Shown one piece after another: positions 38,868 to 52,285 of a stretch of DNA of 64,000 bases (its first letter is position 1; each line of letters opens with the position of its first letter). The translations under genes and the position numbers were made by a program. Under the pieces are notes generated by a model. It was not told the DNA's origin, ran no database searches, and saw only the letters and a list, made by a program, of their open reading frames with translations. This stretch comes from Chrysomallon squamiferum. Lineage: Eukaryota > Animalia > Mollusca. Location: NCBI GenBank assembly GCA_012295275.1, contig CM022672.1, positions 35,712,001 through 35,776,000 on the forward strand, given 5' to 3'.

Positions 38868-39570
38868 CACTCACACATACACACAGACACACTCACTCAC
38901 TCATACACTGACACTCACTTACACATACTGACACACACACACACTGACACTCACACACTGACGCTCACTTACACATACTGACACACACACACTGATGCTC
39001 ACTTACACATACTGACACTCACTTACACATACTGACACACACACACACTGACACTCACACACTGACGCTCACACATACTGACACACACACACTGACGCTC
39101 ACTTACACTCACTTACACATACTGACACACACACTGATGCTCACACTCACACACTGATGCTCACACATACTGACACACACACACTGACGCTCACTTACAC
39201 TCACACATTGACGCTCACTTACACATACTGACACACACACTGATGCTCACTTACACATACTGACACACACACAGACACTCACACACCGACGCTCACTTAC
39301 ACACACACATTCACATTGACGCTCACTTACACATACTGACACTCACTCTCGTATGCATACACACTGACACTCACTCTCTTATGCATACACATTGACACTC
39401 ACTTATGCATACACATTGACACTCACTCTCGTATGCATACATACTGACACTCACTCTCGTATGCATACACACTGACACTCACACATTCACACTGACACTC
39501 ACTCTCTTATGCATACACATTGACACTCACTTATGCATACACATTGACACTCACTCACTGACATTTACAC
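38868..39570. repeat. CA-rich degenerate minisatellite (ACACTGACGCTCACTTACACAT variants)
   Basis: Repeated short CA-rich motifs. Confidence 0.9.
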
Positions 39571-39703
39571 ACAGAGAAACACAGATTGCAAAACTATCTG
39601 ACAGAAACACAAAATATCAAAAAATCTTTCTCTCCAACTATTTTCATTTAATCTGTTTATTTAAAAAAGAATCTTTCTCAATCTACAAAGTCAAAACACA
39701 AAC

Positions 39704-39772
39704 CTGACTGTCTGGGAGCTTTTCTTTTTACTGAAAGTCTTTTCTTCTCCTGCTTCTTATACTCTTCTGATT
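39704..39772 (-). CDS. CEP350: CEP350 exon (SEEYKKQEKKRLSVKRKAPRQS)
   Basis: tttttag|AA ... CAG|gtttgt; 69 nt, phase 1 to 1. Confidence 0.8.
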
Positions 39773-40367
39773 CTAAAAAAAATATAATGGAAACAGTATT
39801 ATAAAATGTTAATCATTATGTTACAACCACATTTAATTCACGTCTATTTAAAATAATGTATCGAGGTAAATGGGCATTCAACAAAATTCCTTTAGCTTCG
39901 TTTTTGAGTTTAAAATAACAATACGATTTGTTTCACAAGAAAAGATAAAACTGTTTTTGTTTAACATTTAACTAACCTAAAATAAAATAAATTTTGACAA
40001 ATATAAGTAGGCAAACATGTACATTCTGTACAGCTTGTGTGTATGTATAAGTGTGAGTGTGAGTGTATTTTCAAAATTATGATAAAAAATATATATAAAA
40101 CTTGGAACTAAATAAAACACTACAAACAGAAAGTAAATACAAGAACAAAACAATCAGACCGTAAGACACATTTGATGAGAAACTAAACAAAGTAAACAGT
40201 ATATATAATCAGTACACAAACAAACATATAAATAAAAACAGTGAAACTGGTGAAACAAAACTAAACAAAACTCCCTAAAAAACAAAAACAAAACAAAAAA
40301 ACAACAACCTGGAACCCCAAGAAAAAAAAAAAAAAAAAAAACAATTTACAATTTTAAAACATCATAC

Positions 40368-40514
40368 TCTTTTCATGATCTGCTTGTTCTTCTTCTTGTA
40401 ACTGCATGTCTTGTAATACTTTTCTGCTCTCCTCAGAAATGTTTTTTATTTCACCAGGACTAAAACCGAACCCAGCAGACTCAGTCTGAGCATCTTCTCC
40501 ATTTTCTTTTTCTT
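40368..40514 (-). CDS. CEP350: CEP350 exon (EKENGEDAQ...SRKVLQDMQLQEEEQADHEK)
   Basis: gttttcag|AA ... A|gtatga; 147 nt, phase 1 to 1. Confidence 0.83.
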
Positions 40515-40937
40515 CTGAAAACACAGAAATCAGATTTACTGGTTTACCAAAAATAGAAATTATTTGTTTTATAAAACTTGTGAAATGAAATACTGGAAAA
40601 AACATATTTGAAACGATATATAAAAATATTTCTTATCACATTTCAGCAGCAAATGAAGAAAATATTGTGTTTGTGGCAGACAACATATACAGTAACCATT
40701 TGAAAATTCAATCTTTGATTGTGTAAATTCTTTGATCTTCTGAAACTGAAAATCTGGTTCCAGCTGAATTTCAGTATAAGCTAGTAACAAAAACCTTTGA
40801 ACATTCAAATGTTGATTACTGAAAAATATATATTTCTGCAAGTCTTTTTAACCTAATACATAATTGCAGACAGTCTTCAAAGACTCCTATAATGAACTGT
40901 CAAAGTTCACTGATTTGTTTTGTTTTTGCTTCAAACG

Positions 40938-41522
40938 AGTGTATTGTGTGAAACATGTATTGTGTCAAACATTCTGTACTGTGTCAAACATTCTGTATTG
41001 TGTCAAACATTCTGTGCTGTGTGAAACATTCTGTACTGTGTGAAACATTCTGTACTGTGTGAAACATTCTGTATTGTGTAAAACATTCCGTGCTGTGTGA
41101 AACATTCCGTATTGTGTAAAACATTCCGTATTGTGTCAAACATTCTGTATTGTGTCAAACATTCTGTAATGTGTAAAACATTCCGTGCTGTGTGAAACAT
41201 TCTGTATTGTGTCAAACATTCTGTATTGTGTCAAACATTCTGTATTATGTCAAACATTCTGTAATGTGTCAAACATTCCGTGCTGTGTGAAACATTCCGT
41301 GCTGTGTGAAACATTCTGTAATGTGTAAAACATTCCGTATTGTGTGAAACATTCTGTATTGTGTGAAACATTCTGTATGTGTCAAACATTCTGTATTGTG
41401 TCAAACATTCTGTATTGTGTCAAACATTCTGCATTGTGTCAAACATTCTGCAATGTGTCAAACATTCTGCATTGTGTCAAACATTCTGTATTGTGTCAAA
41501 CATTCTGTATGTGTGAAACATT
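40938..41522. repeat. 19-bp minisatellite (TGTGTCAAACATTCTGTAT)
   Basis: About 30 copies. Confidence 0.95.
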
Positions 41523-41737
41523 CACCTCCACAGCTAGTTTTTTAATGAAAAATTTTGAAAAATCATTGTTATTTACATTTTATTTGCTCTCAGAATTTTA
41601 AAAAGATTAAGAAAAAGCCATATAAAATAATAAATAAATTAAACTATTAAACCGATATTTGTTTAAATCTTTCTTTATATTAAAAAAATTGGTGAACAGA
41701 GAAAATAGAAAATTAATAAATAAAAATATCCTTATAC

Positions 41738-41851
41738 CTTTATCTAAATCTTTCTTTATTGCTTCAGATCGTCGAGATTTGGTTTTTGCTGGTCCAAGTT
41801 TCTGACGAACCAGCTCTTGTCCAACCCTCCAAGACGATGTTGTGATGATAT
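41738..41851 (-). CDS. CEP350: CEP350 exon (IITTSSWRVGQELVRQKLGPAK...)
   Basis: tttccag|AT ... AAG|gtataa; 114 nt; matches the recalled 'ISTSSWRDGQKLVKKILGP'. Confidence 0.92.
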
Positions 41852-42229
41852 CTGGAAAACAAAAACACGAACTGTTCACACTTTGTTAATTCACTTTGTT
41901 ACTCAAAAACAAACAAATGAGAAATATAGTTTATTTCCTTACTGTAGGGCAGAAATGGAAAACTTTGATAAATTAAAAACTGCAGTAAATACCAAGAAAT
42001 GTCAAATGTGTTGTTTATTCAATCTGTTATTTACTTAGTTAACAAAAATAAAACAAAAAAATAAAAAATAAATAAATAAATAAATAAATAAATAAAAGGA
42101 TAAATCCTAATTGATTTCCTTATTGTATGGCAAAATTGGAAAATGCTTGACAATTCTTGATAAACTGAAGAACAAATTTAAGTTTATTGTGAAGAACATC
42201 TGGTGTCTGGTTAGGAGGAAAGTATCTGT

Positions 42230-44268
42230 TGTAAACAGTGTGTGTAATCAATGTGTGTAAACAGTTGTAAACAGTGTGTAATCAGTGTGTATAAACAGTG
42301 TGTAAAACAGTGTGTAATCAGTGTGTGTAAACAGTGTGTGTAAACAGTGTATAATCAGTGTGTATAAAAACAGTGTGTGTAAACAGTGTGTAAACAGTGT
42401 GTAATCAGTGTATGTAAACAGTGTGTGTAAACAGTGTGTAAACAGTGTGTGTAAAAAAGTGTATAAAACAGTGTGTGTAATCAGTGTGTGTGTAAAACAG
42501 TGTGTGTGTGTAATCAGTGTGTGTAATCAATGTGTGTAATAATCTGTGTGTGTAATCAGTGTATGTAATCAGTGTTAATGTAAACAGTGTAATCAGTAAT
42601 CAGTGTATAATCAGTGTAAATCAGTGTGTATAATCAGTGTGTAATCAGTGTAATCAGTGTGTATAATCAGTGTGTGTAATCAGTGTGTGTAATCAGTGTA
42701 TCATGTAAAAATCAGTGTAAATCAGTCAGTGTGTGTAATAATCAGTGTGTAATCAGTGTGTGTAATCAGTGTGTGTAATCAGTGTGTGTAATCAGTGTGT
42801 AATCAGTGTGTGTAATCAGTGTGTGTAATCAGTGTGTAATCAGTGTGTAAACAATCAGTGTGTGTAATCAATCAGTGTGTAATCAGTGTGTAATCAGTGT
42901 GTGTAATCAGTGTGTGTAATCAGTGTGTGTAATCAGTGTGTGTAATCAGTGTGTAATCAGTGTATAATCAGTGTGTAATCAGTGTGTAATCAGTGTGTAA
43001 TCAGTGTGTAATCAGTGTGTAATCAGTGTGTGTAATCAGTGTGTAATCAGTGTGTGTAATCAGTGTGTAAACAGTGTGTGTAATCAGTGTGTGTAATCAG
43101 TGTGTAATCAGTGTGTAATCAGTGTGTAAACAGTGTAAATCAGTGTAAATCAGTGTGTGTAATCAGTGTGTAATCAGTGTGTGTAAATCAGTGTGTGTAA
43201 TCAGTGTGTGTAATCAGTGTAAACAGTGTAAACAGTGTGTGTAATCAGTGTAATCAGTGTAATCAGTGTGTGTGTAAAAATCAGTGTGTGTAAACAGTGT
43301 GTGTGTGTGTAATCAGTGTGTAATCAGTGTGTGTAATCAGTGTGTAATCAGTGTGTGTAATCAGTGTATGTAATCAGTGTGTAATCAGTGTGTGTAATCA
43401 GTGTGTAATCAGTGTGTGTAATCAGTGTGTGTAATCAGTGTGTGTAATCACAGTGTGTGTAATCAGTGTCAGTGTGTAATCAGTGTGTGTAAAGTGTGTA
43501 AACAATCAGTGTGTGTAATCAGTGTGTAATCAGTGTGTGTAATCGGTGTGTAAACAGTGTGTGTAATCAGTGTGTGTAATCAGTGTGTAAACAGTGTGTG
43601 TAATCAGTGTGTAAACAGTGTGTGTAATCAGTGTGTAATCAGTGTGTAATCAGTGTGTAAACAGTGTGTAAACAGTGTGTGTAATCAGTGTGTGTAATCA
43701 GTGTGTGTGTAATCAGTGTAAACAGTGTGTGTGTGTGTAACAGTGTGTGTGTAAATCAGTGTGTGTGTAAATCAGTGTGTGTAAAACAGTGTGTGTAATC
43801 AGTGTGTGTAAATCAGTGTGTGTAATCAGTGTGTGTAATCAGTGTGTAATGTGTAAACAGTGTGTGTGTAAAACAATGTGTGTGTAATCAGTGTGTGTAA
43901 TCAGTGTAAACAGTGTGTAATCAGTGTGTGTAAATGTGTGTAATCAGTGTAATCAGTGTGTAATCAGTGTGTGTGTAATCAGTAATCAGTGTGTGTAATC
44001 AGTGTGTGTAAACAGTGTGTAAACAGTGTGTAATCAGTGTGTGTAAACAGTGTGTGTAATCAGTGTGTGTGTAAACAATCGGTGTGTTGTAATTGTGTAG
44101 TGTAAATCAGTGTGTGTAAACAGTGTGTGTGTGTGTATCAGTGTGTAATCAGTGTGTGTAATCAGTGTGTGTAAACAGTGTGTGTAATCAGTGTGTGTAA
44201 ACAGTGTGTGTAATCAGTGTGTGTAATCAGTGTGTGTAATCAGTGTGTGTAATCAGTGTGTGTAATCA
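42230..44268. repeat. ~2-kb satellite, 9-13-bp unit (GTGTGTAATCA / GTGTGTAAACA)
   Basis: Continuous array ending ~6 nt from the donor at 44275. Confidence 0.97.
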
Positions 44269-44275
44269 CACGTAC

Positions 44276-44356
44276 CTCTAGCTCCCTGCTTTGATGATTT
44301 CTTCTCTGCAGCAACAACACGTTTAGGCTTTTTCACCTTTTCCACCTCTTCCATTT
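44276..44356 (-). CDS. CEP350: CEP350 exon (MEEVEKVKKPKRVVAAEKKSSKQGAR)
   Basis: ttaag|AA ... G|gtacgt; 81 nt, phase 1 to 1. Confidence 0.82.
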
Positions 44357-44764
44357 CTTAAAAAAAAAAAACAGTAAGAGAATTATTTAAAAAATGGATT
44401 GTCAAGTTGTATGTGATAGTTTATTAAGTGTATCAAGTGAAGTTTCTGTTTTAGATATTGGAGGAATTAGTAAGAGAACAGAGACTAGTTTTTCACAGAG
44501 TTGAATTTGGATTTGATCCTATAATCCTAAATAAATATTAATTTGAAACTATTTATCAAAGCCAGAGATCAATATTTGTATTTTTTATCTTTGTAACAAG
44601 GGTTTGATCTATGAAGTAGTGACAATTTGTCAATGCCACATGTTGCTTTTAATATTTCTCATTTTTCTCAGATGGCTTTAATTCTATAATCCTGAATTAA
44701 ATATTAATTAGTAATTGTTTATCTAAGTCAGACCATCAACATTCATATTGCCTCTCTTTCTACC

Positions 44765-45008
44765 TTGGATCTTATTCTATAATGCTAGATAAACTATAAC
44801 TTAGTAACTATTTATCACCGTACCTTCACATTTCTTGTCTTTCTAACTTGGATCTTATTCTATAATGCTAGATAAACTATAACTTAGTAACTATTTATCA
44901 CCGTACCTTCACATTTCTTGTCTTTCTAACTTGGATCTTATTCTATAATGCTAGATAAACTATAACTTAGTAACTATTTATCACCGTACCTTCACATTTC
45001 TTGTCTTT
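44765..45008. repeat. 83-bp tandem triplication containing the exon donor and 19 nt of the exon
   Basis: Copies at 44765, 44848 and 44931; donor motif at 44823, 44906 and 44989. Confidence 0.93.
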
Positions 45009-45100
45009 GTCTCTGGCTGTTTTCTTAGCAGACTTTTTAGCAGCAGATCTGCTCACAGTGTGATACGCTGGGAACATTCGCTTGTCCACTACAGCAAAAC
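44990..45100 (-). CDS. CEP350: CEP350 exon (FAVVDKRMFPAY...DKDKKCE)
   Basis: ttctcaag|GT ... AAG|gtacgg; 111 nt; completes the 'YKG|F' motif. Confidence 0.85.
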
Positions 45101-45407
45101 CTTGAGAAAAGCAAAATTAAAAACTTTAAAATTAAATGTAATACAACTGAAAAATGATTTATCAACGCGCATATTTCACAGCTGATAAATAAATAAAATG
45201 CTAATTGAAAAGTAAACAGATATTCTTTTTTCTCTGAGTACTTGAATAGGGTCACACTGAAAGATGATGCTTGGTAAGATCAAGTTTTTCACTTTGATAT
45301 TCTGTTTACGGTTCCACACATTTGTTGTCAGAATTAAAAGTGATGCCTCTGTGTTCTTTACTAGCTAATTAGAATAGGGACTAGTATTTGACTAAACTTT
45401 CATATAA

Positions 45408-45438
<31 letters not shown>

Positions 45439-45450
45439 AAATATTTTAAC

Positions 45451-45636
45451 CTTTGTACTGAGGGACAGGAGGTCCAGAAGCCACTTTTCTTGACTTGGGA
45501 TAGTTCTCTGTGGCTTCAATGCGCTGTTTGATGCTGGTCACATGGACGACGTTGCTGTGGCAGTTGAGACTGGATTCGCTGGTGCTGTCTCGACTGGCTG
45601 TCACAGCAGTGACAAGCATCTCATCTCGACTTGACT
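45451..45636 (-). CDS. CEP350: CEP350 exon (...PKSRKVASGPPVPQYK)
   Basis: aaacag|AG ... AAG|gttaaa; 186 nt; matches the recalled 'KVRKVATAPPAPAYKGF'. Confidence 0.9.
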
Positions 45637-45967
45637 CTGTTTAAATCACAGAGGAAATATGACTTTAGCTCAGTCAAGTTCCAGACACACAGCAGTAAGA
45701 TAGAAAAAAACAAATAAAGTCAGAAAGAACAGAAAGAACAGATGGAAATGAACCAAAATCAGTGAGATAGAAAAACAGAATAAGAATGATAGATTAATGC
45801 AATAGAATAAGGGGAAAAAAGAAAAAGAAAAAGAAAAAGAAAAGAAAAAAGTTTAAAAAAAAAACCAAGAAAAACCCCCCACACAAAACCAAATAAACCA
45901 CAATAACAAGTAAGTATAAAACATTTTTACTTTGATGCACACATCAAGATTAGATTTACATGCTCAC

Positions 45968-46027
45968 CTGACAGTGAATGATTCAAACGCTGTTGTCGTA
46001 TTTTTTCTTTTAGTTTAGCCAGGATTT
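45968..46027 (-). CDS. CEP350: CEP350 exon (ILAKLKEKIRQQRLNHSLS)
   Basis: ggcag|AA ... CAG|gtgagc; 60 nt; resembles the recalled 'LEKLKERIRKQ'. Confidence 0.85.
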
Positions 46028-47392
46028 CTGCCAAAGTTAAAGAGAATATTTTTATATATTTCCAAATAATAGTTGTTTATCTCAAAATTATTTATCATAT
46101 TAAATAACACCACCAGCACTGCAACTTATACTTACATTTAAATAATTACCTCAGTATCTTGTTAAATCCAAAATTAGTAAAAAAAAGGGGGAAAAAATAT
46201 GAAATGTATAAATTACAATTTTCCAAATCGACAAAAATAAAAATTATTTCAATGTCTACCAAATCAATTTACTAAATTAAATATGGAAGAAAAAGTAATT
46301 ATAACTGTAATATTAAAAACAAATTAATCAAAACATTGGTGAATTAATCAGAATAACAGGTTTTCAAGTTGTTTTTCATTTTCACATATTAAAAAAAGAA
46401 AAATCAAATCAAATAAATTTCAAAGAAAAGAAAGGGAGATAACAAGGATGTAATTTATGCAAATACACAAACACATACAAAAAAATTTAAAATTATCATA
46501 TTTTATAGAAATCATTAATCATACCACATTTTAAACTTTTTCAATAAGTCTATTAGGCACATTAATGAGCTTTTTTCAGTGATAGTGTTTATTTTTAATT
46601 GCTTTTATATATTCATGTATTTCTACTTGAACCGAGTAACATTTGCATGACTAGATACATTAACACATCAATATCATTCAATCAAATACACACATGCACA
46701 TACATGCACCAAAACACACACACACACACACACACTTACGTAATAATATAGCTAAATTTCATATCTAAATATAAACAAGATAAATCAACAAGTTCAATAA
46801 GGATGAGGTGATAATGAAAATTATGAGCAAACAACAAAACAAAACCAAAAAACACAGAAAAAAACTAAAAAAAATAAAAATAAAAAAAAAAAAAAAAAAA
46901 AATAAAACTAAAAAATTAAGAAAAAAAAAAAAAATAAAAATAAAAATAAAAATGTAAGTAAGAAATAAGTGAAAAAAATAGCATATCAACGAAAGGTTGG
47001 TTCACTCTGAAGTATATTTATAACAAAAAAAAAGTAAAAAGAAAATGACAATATTTAAAATATATTTGGTCTTTTTGTTAGCAACAAATGCAGGTGCATT
47101 ATGAAAAATCTATTTCTGGCAACAGTCAAATCTCTTTATAACATTCTCTTTGTTATTACAATGAGCTGGTTACATAAGACATTTTCTTAGACTGAATTAC
47201 AACAAGCCCCAAACCTTGGAACTGGCAAACCAATTTGCCACTAATTTCCCAGCTGTGTTAGAGAATAAATGAATATGCTGATTGTTTGAAATTTAAGGTT
47301 AAAAAAAAGCAGATGGTGGCTTGGAAAGGTAAATTAGGTGTATTAGGTGTTAAATTCTTGAATAAGAAAATAAATTCATTTTTTTTTATTAC

Positions 47393-47932
47393 CGTCTTCC
47401 TGTGGCAGATCTGTCAAGTTTTTCTTCAGAAGCCGAGTTTTACATTTTCCGTTTGTGAGAATCCCATCATGTTCCCTCCTACCCCCCACAGTACTGGGTT
47501 TGAAAGTCTTGTCATCTGCTGCCTCAAACAGGTGTTGGCTGTACCCACCTGCCACACCCACTGAAGATGAGGTGAGAGCTGAGGGAACTCTCTGCATGCT
47601 GGAATAGTCAACCCGGTTTCCTGAACTGTCACCAGCGTGAATTCCTTTTATCCGATTAACATCAAGGTCTTTTGACGTCAGCCCGAACTTGCTGTATGCT
47701 GTGGCAGTGGGGTTGGCGATGCTGTCAGTGTATGTACCATCGTTGTTGACCTCTCGCAGCTGGAAGTTAGGAAGAAAGTCGACCTGTTTCGGACTTGCCG
47801 TGCGAGTGAACCTCGACAGTGCTTCATGTCTGTCGTAACCATTACAGTTTCGTGATCTTGTTTTCCTTTCCATCGCCTTTTTTTGAATCATCCATTCACC
47901 AGGCTCACTTTCTTCTTCAACATACTTGTCAT
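47393..47932 (-). CDS. CEP350: CEP350 N-terminal exon (DKYVEEESEPGEW...DLPQED)
   Basis: ttgacag|AT ... G|gtaata; 540 nt open, phase 1 to 1. Confidence 0.82.
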
Positions 47933-48078
47933 CTGTCAAAGTAATATTTCAATTTGCTTTATGAATTTATTTTACAGTTGAAAATATTCCAGGACTTGTT
48001 TCAAAGAAAGAAATCCAAGATTTTTGTATATATTCTTTTGTTGCAGATAATAAATTAGTGGCATAACACTTCAGCATA

Positions 48079-48128
<50 letters not shown>

Positions 48129-48629
48129 CACACACACAAATACATAAAATTTGAACACACACAAATAAATCAGACTAATGAACATACACAAATACATAAA
48201 ATTTGAAACAAATAAATCAGACTAATGATCTTATCACATTATTGAGGGTTTTTTTTAAGTGAAATTGAGATAATAAAATTTTTAATAAAATATAATAAAT
48301 TTAATTGATTTATTTATTATGAAATCTAAATTGATTAATTTCATTTAAATAAATATTAAAAATAAAATATTAATATCTCTTCTCAAGAAATGTATTTTGT
48401 TTTCTTGTTTTGATTTCAATTTTATTATTATTATTTATAAATGAAATAATAAATATTAAGAACATCTATCACATTATTTATATTGTAGTTTATTTGCTGT
48501 TAATGAGAATATTCCAGACTTCAGTAAAACTAGTGAATATTCTAATCTGAGATAGGAACAAGATGGAAATACTGGACACAAACTAAAAAATAATAATAAA
48601 ATAAAATAAATAAATAAATAAAATCTAAC

Positions 48630-48702
48630 CTAAGTGACTGATCTTTCTTCTTACACTTTGAGTCAACTTGCTTTTAACACTGTGCTCAGTTTTTGGAAAA
48701 GG
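48630..48702 (-). CDS. CEP350: CEP350 N-terminal exon (PFPKTEHSVKSKLTQSVRRKISHL)
   Basis: ttttacag|CCT ... TAG|gttaga; 73 nt, phase 0 to 1. Confidence 0.72.
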
Positions 48703-49935
48703 CTGTAAAAAAATAAAATAAAAATAGAAATGAAGGTAATGTATTCAAATTATAATCCCTTTTATTTTTATTTTTTATTTTTTTTAAATAATATTTATAT
48801 TTAATAATCACACCTCAGTAGTTTAACACAGTACTTTATGAAAATACAAAGCCACTGCATTTGATTTTCTTTCTTTGGAACAAATTAATAATGAGAAAGT
48901 TTCAAAGTAGCATTAAAATAAAACAAATTTGAATTCAGATCTAATAACACTTCCAAAGACAAAAAAAATAAACCTGTAAAAATTAAAAATAATAATTATG
49001 TATTGTATGTTTAAAAAATAAAATAATAATAATAGTGAAATAAAAATAAAATAAAAACTGAAATCATTATAAAAATATAATAATAAAAATAAATTTATAA
49101 ATAAATAAATAAATAAGAACAACAGCAATAATGATAAAGGTATTTGCAATAAAATTATTAAAAACTACTACTACTGCTACTATAACTACTACTTCTAATA
49201 ATGACAACAACAAGACATATGAATTAGAAAAAAATCCTATAGCCATGCTTGCTAGGCTCTTTTATTATTTAGATATGCAGGAAATAAAACAATCTCTGAT
49301 TAACTTATCTGTCCACAATGAAGTCTTGTCACCCTGCAGTTCCATAACAAAAAACACTTTTATCATGTGTGCATGTATCACTGAATTATTTACAAATGCA
49401 AAACCTTTTTGACAAGCAAAGCCCCTGTCATATACAGTAAACAGATTTTATAGTTTAACATGTTTTAGAGTTGTTGTTTTTTTTTTTTTTTTTGCATCTG
49501 TATGAAAACTTTCCTATGAGAACTATGTTTCCTAAAATAGAATAAAAAAAATAGTAAAAAAAAAATAAAAATAAAATAATAATAATAAAATAAAAACTTT
49601 TTGGACTTAGGTGAAATAAAATATCTAGAATAAACATTTTTACTTATAGAAAAGATATGTTTTATTCAAAGCATGGTCTCAGAATAAAAAAAAAAAAAAA
49701 AAAAAAATTAAAATTGAAATAATAATAATTATAGTATTGATAATGATGATAAATTAATAATAATTATTAAAAACCCACAAAATATTCAATAATAAGGAAT
49801 GTGTATTTTTTTTTCAAAAAGCAGATTTTTGTTTCTTCTATTCTTGTTTTTCATGGTATTTTAAACAATAAAATAAAAACAATAAAATATATAAATAAAT
49901 AATAATAAATTTTTTTTTTTAAATAATTGAAATGG

Positions 49936-50135
49936 ACACTGACACAGGTTAAACGACTAAGATGTTTGCAATACACCTGTACGAGTGTTTTGCACTGACA
50001 CAGGTTAAACGACTAAGATGTTTGCAATACACCTGTACAAGTGTTTTGCACTGACACAGGTTAAACTGCTAAGATGTTTGCAATAAGATAGGTTAAACTG
50101 CTAAGATATTTGCAATACACCTGTACAAGTGTTTT
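49936..50135. repeat. 56-bp tandem duplication containing the donor and ~15 nt of a small exon
   Basis: CAG|GTGTAT donor motif at 49976, 50032 and 50120. Confidence 0.88.
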
Positions 50136-50152
50136 TCTCACTTTTCTAATTT
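50121..50152 (-). CDS. CEP350: Probable 32-nt exon (IRKVRKTLVQ)
   Basis: tctaacag|AA ... CAG|gtgtat; phase 1 to 0, matching the next exon. Confidence 0.62.
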
Positions 50153-51143
50153 CTGTTAGATAAATAAAATCTTTTCCAATGCACAAAATTATTTTTCCTT
50201 TTCTTGGATAAACTTCTTTTTAACTCAGTGAGTGTTGCCATTATATTTTTTCTTCGCCAATATCATGTACAGAACAAATATTATATTCTTTTTTATATAA
50301 TCTTTCTTTTCTATGGTTGTACAATTACAGAATTAAATTAAATTTACTTATTTTTATAAAATGGACTCAAGTTTTCCAGAAAATTTGTTTTTCATTCTAT
50401 TTGAGTGATCCATGTTAAAAATGTTCAACAAAAAAAAAAAAAAAAAAAAAAAACGAGTATTTAGATAACAGAAATTTTATAACTTTTCATGCTGCATTTG
50501 ATTTATTACTATGTACAAATGACTTTCAGCACAAAGAAAAAACGAGAATTAAAAAAACAAAATAAAGTAACAATGGTTCTAAGCAATGCACCAACGAATC
50601 TAAACAACTAAAGAGTATGAACAGAACTTTAATAATAGATTCAAGAAAAGTAAAATGATATTTAAGGATTATATTTGTTTTTTAATTCTGTTCTGCCTAT
50701 TTAATATGTTTGACTGAACAATGTTTTATTTTTAATTTTTATTATTATTATTTTTTTAAACTTTTGTTTTGGAAATGAGTATGTGTGAAGTCATAACTAA
50801 AAAAAAAAGGATTAAAGTTATCTGACGTCTTTACAAGTGTAAACATCAAAAATTTCACATTAATGTTGATTTTGTACTCCACCTTTTAACCTATCTATCC
50901 TGTATTATATTAACTTAAATAATAATAATAATAATAATATTAGTAACAAAATAAAAATAAAATAATAATAATAGTAACATAATAATAATAATAATAATAA
51001 TAGTAACAAAAAATAATTTAAAAAGTAAATTAAAAATTAAAAAAAAAAATAAATAAACAAAAAAAACAACAACACAAAAACAAATTGAAATGAACTTAAA
51101 TAACTTTGACTCAGGTTAAATTTCTGAGATAACTGCAATGCAC

Positions 51144-51165
51144 CTGTATGACTTTGACAGACCAT
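51144..51165 (-). CDS. Candidate initiation exon (MVCQSHT), inside a 37-nt exon at 51144-51180
   Basis: atttcag| ...TGA TTT ATG... CAG|gtgcat; phase 1 fits the next exon; no homology support. Confidence 0.3.
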
Positions 51166-51548
51166 AAATCACCAAAATAACTGAAATATGTTTAAATTCA
51201 GTTTGGCATAAACCAGCAACTATTTGAAAGTACAAAAACATTCATAACAACATATATGTTCATATAATCAGTTAGAGAAACAACAAAAAGGGTGCTAAAC
51301 TAAATCTGAATGTATCACTATGACAACATACTGGACAGAAAAAAAAAATCTGCTGGTCACTCTGTGATCATTTATATGAATAAAGATATTAGCAATCAGT
51401 AAATTTTCAAGAAGAAACAAAAACAACAACAAGAACATTAATACAGATATTTATATGGCTTTCAGAAAACAGCTTTAGAAGTATCTGATAAAATTAATAT
51501 AATTTGGTTTATTACTTTCCATTGCTTATATTAACATATGATGACCAT

Positions 51549-51740
51549 GAATACTTAAAGTTAGCAAGTCATCATATCTTGTCAGTATTTACAGTGAATA
51601 CTTAAAGTTAGCAAGTCATCATATCTTGTCAGTATTTACAGTGAATACTTAAAGTTAGCAAGTCATCATATCTTGTCAGTATTTACAGTGAATATGTGTG
51701 TGTGTCATATCTTGTCAGTATTTAACAAATACTTAAAGTT
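51549..51740. repeat. 47-bp tandem repeat, x3-4
   Basis: GAATACTTAAAGTTAGCAAGTCATCATATCTTGTCAGTATTTACAGT. Confidence 0.88.
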
Positions 51741-52249
51741 TTGATGTACATTTTTTACAGTGTATGACATCAAAAAACAAATATATTCAAGAGTTTTTGA
51801 GAAATAAAATTCATTTAAAACATTTAAACTTCATTTAATATTTTGTATTTTAAAATTGTAGGACAAAAGAAATAAACTTTTTAATATCTTAAATTGTCAG
51901 CCTCATGCTGCTCAGACCCAGTGGCAAATTTTACAAGTCAAAAATATGTGTAAAAGTCTTATATTTAAAAGGACTTAAAAGTTACTTTGTGAGTTTTTAC
52001 AAGTCAAAACACACACACACACATCTGTACACACACACACACACACACACACTACAATGTATAAAATCTTAGTCAAACAATGTGGAAAATTCAGAAGTCT
52101 GAATTACCTGTGTCAGATAAGCAGTCTAGTAAATAAACTATACCATTACTACTAATTCTACTACTATACTCATAGTAACAATAGAAGTAGTGGTGATGGT
52201 AGTAATGGTAGTAGGTAGTAGCAGCAGCATCAACAGCAGTAGTATATTT

Positions 52250-52285
<36 letters not shown>

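Noticed and set aside
41640-41760. Possible sixth donor-spanning duplication (TAAATCTTTCTTTAT twice)
   Set aside because: Match is too short and AT-rich to separate from chance
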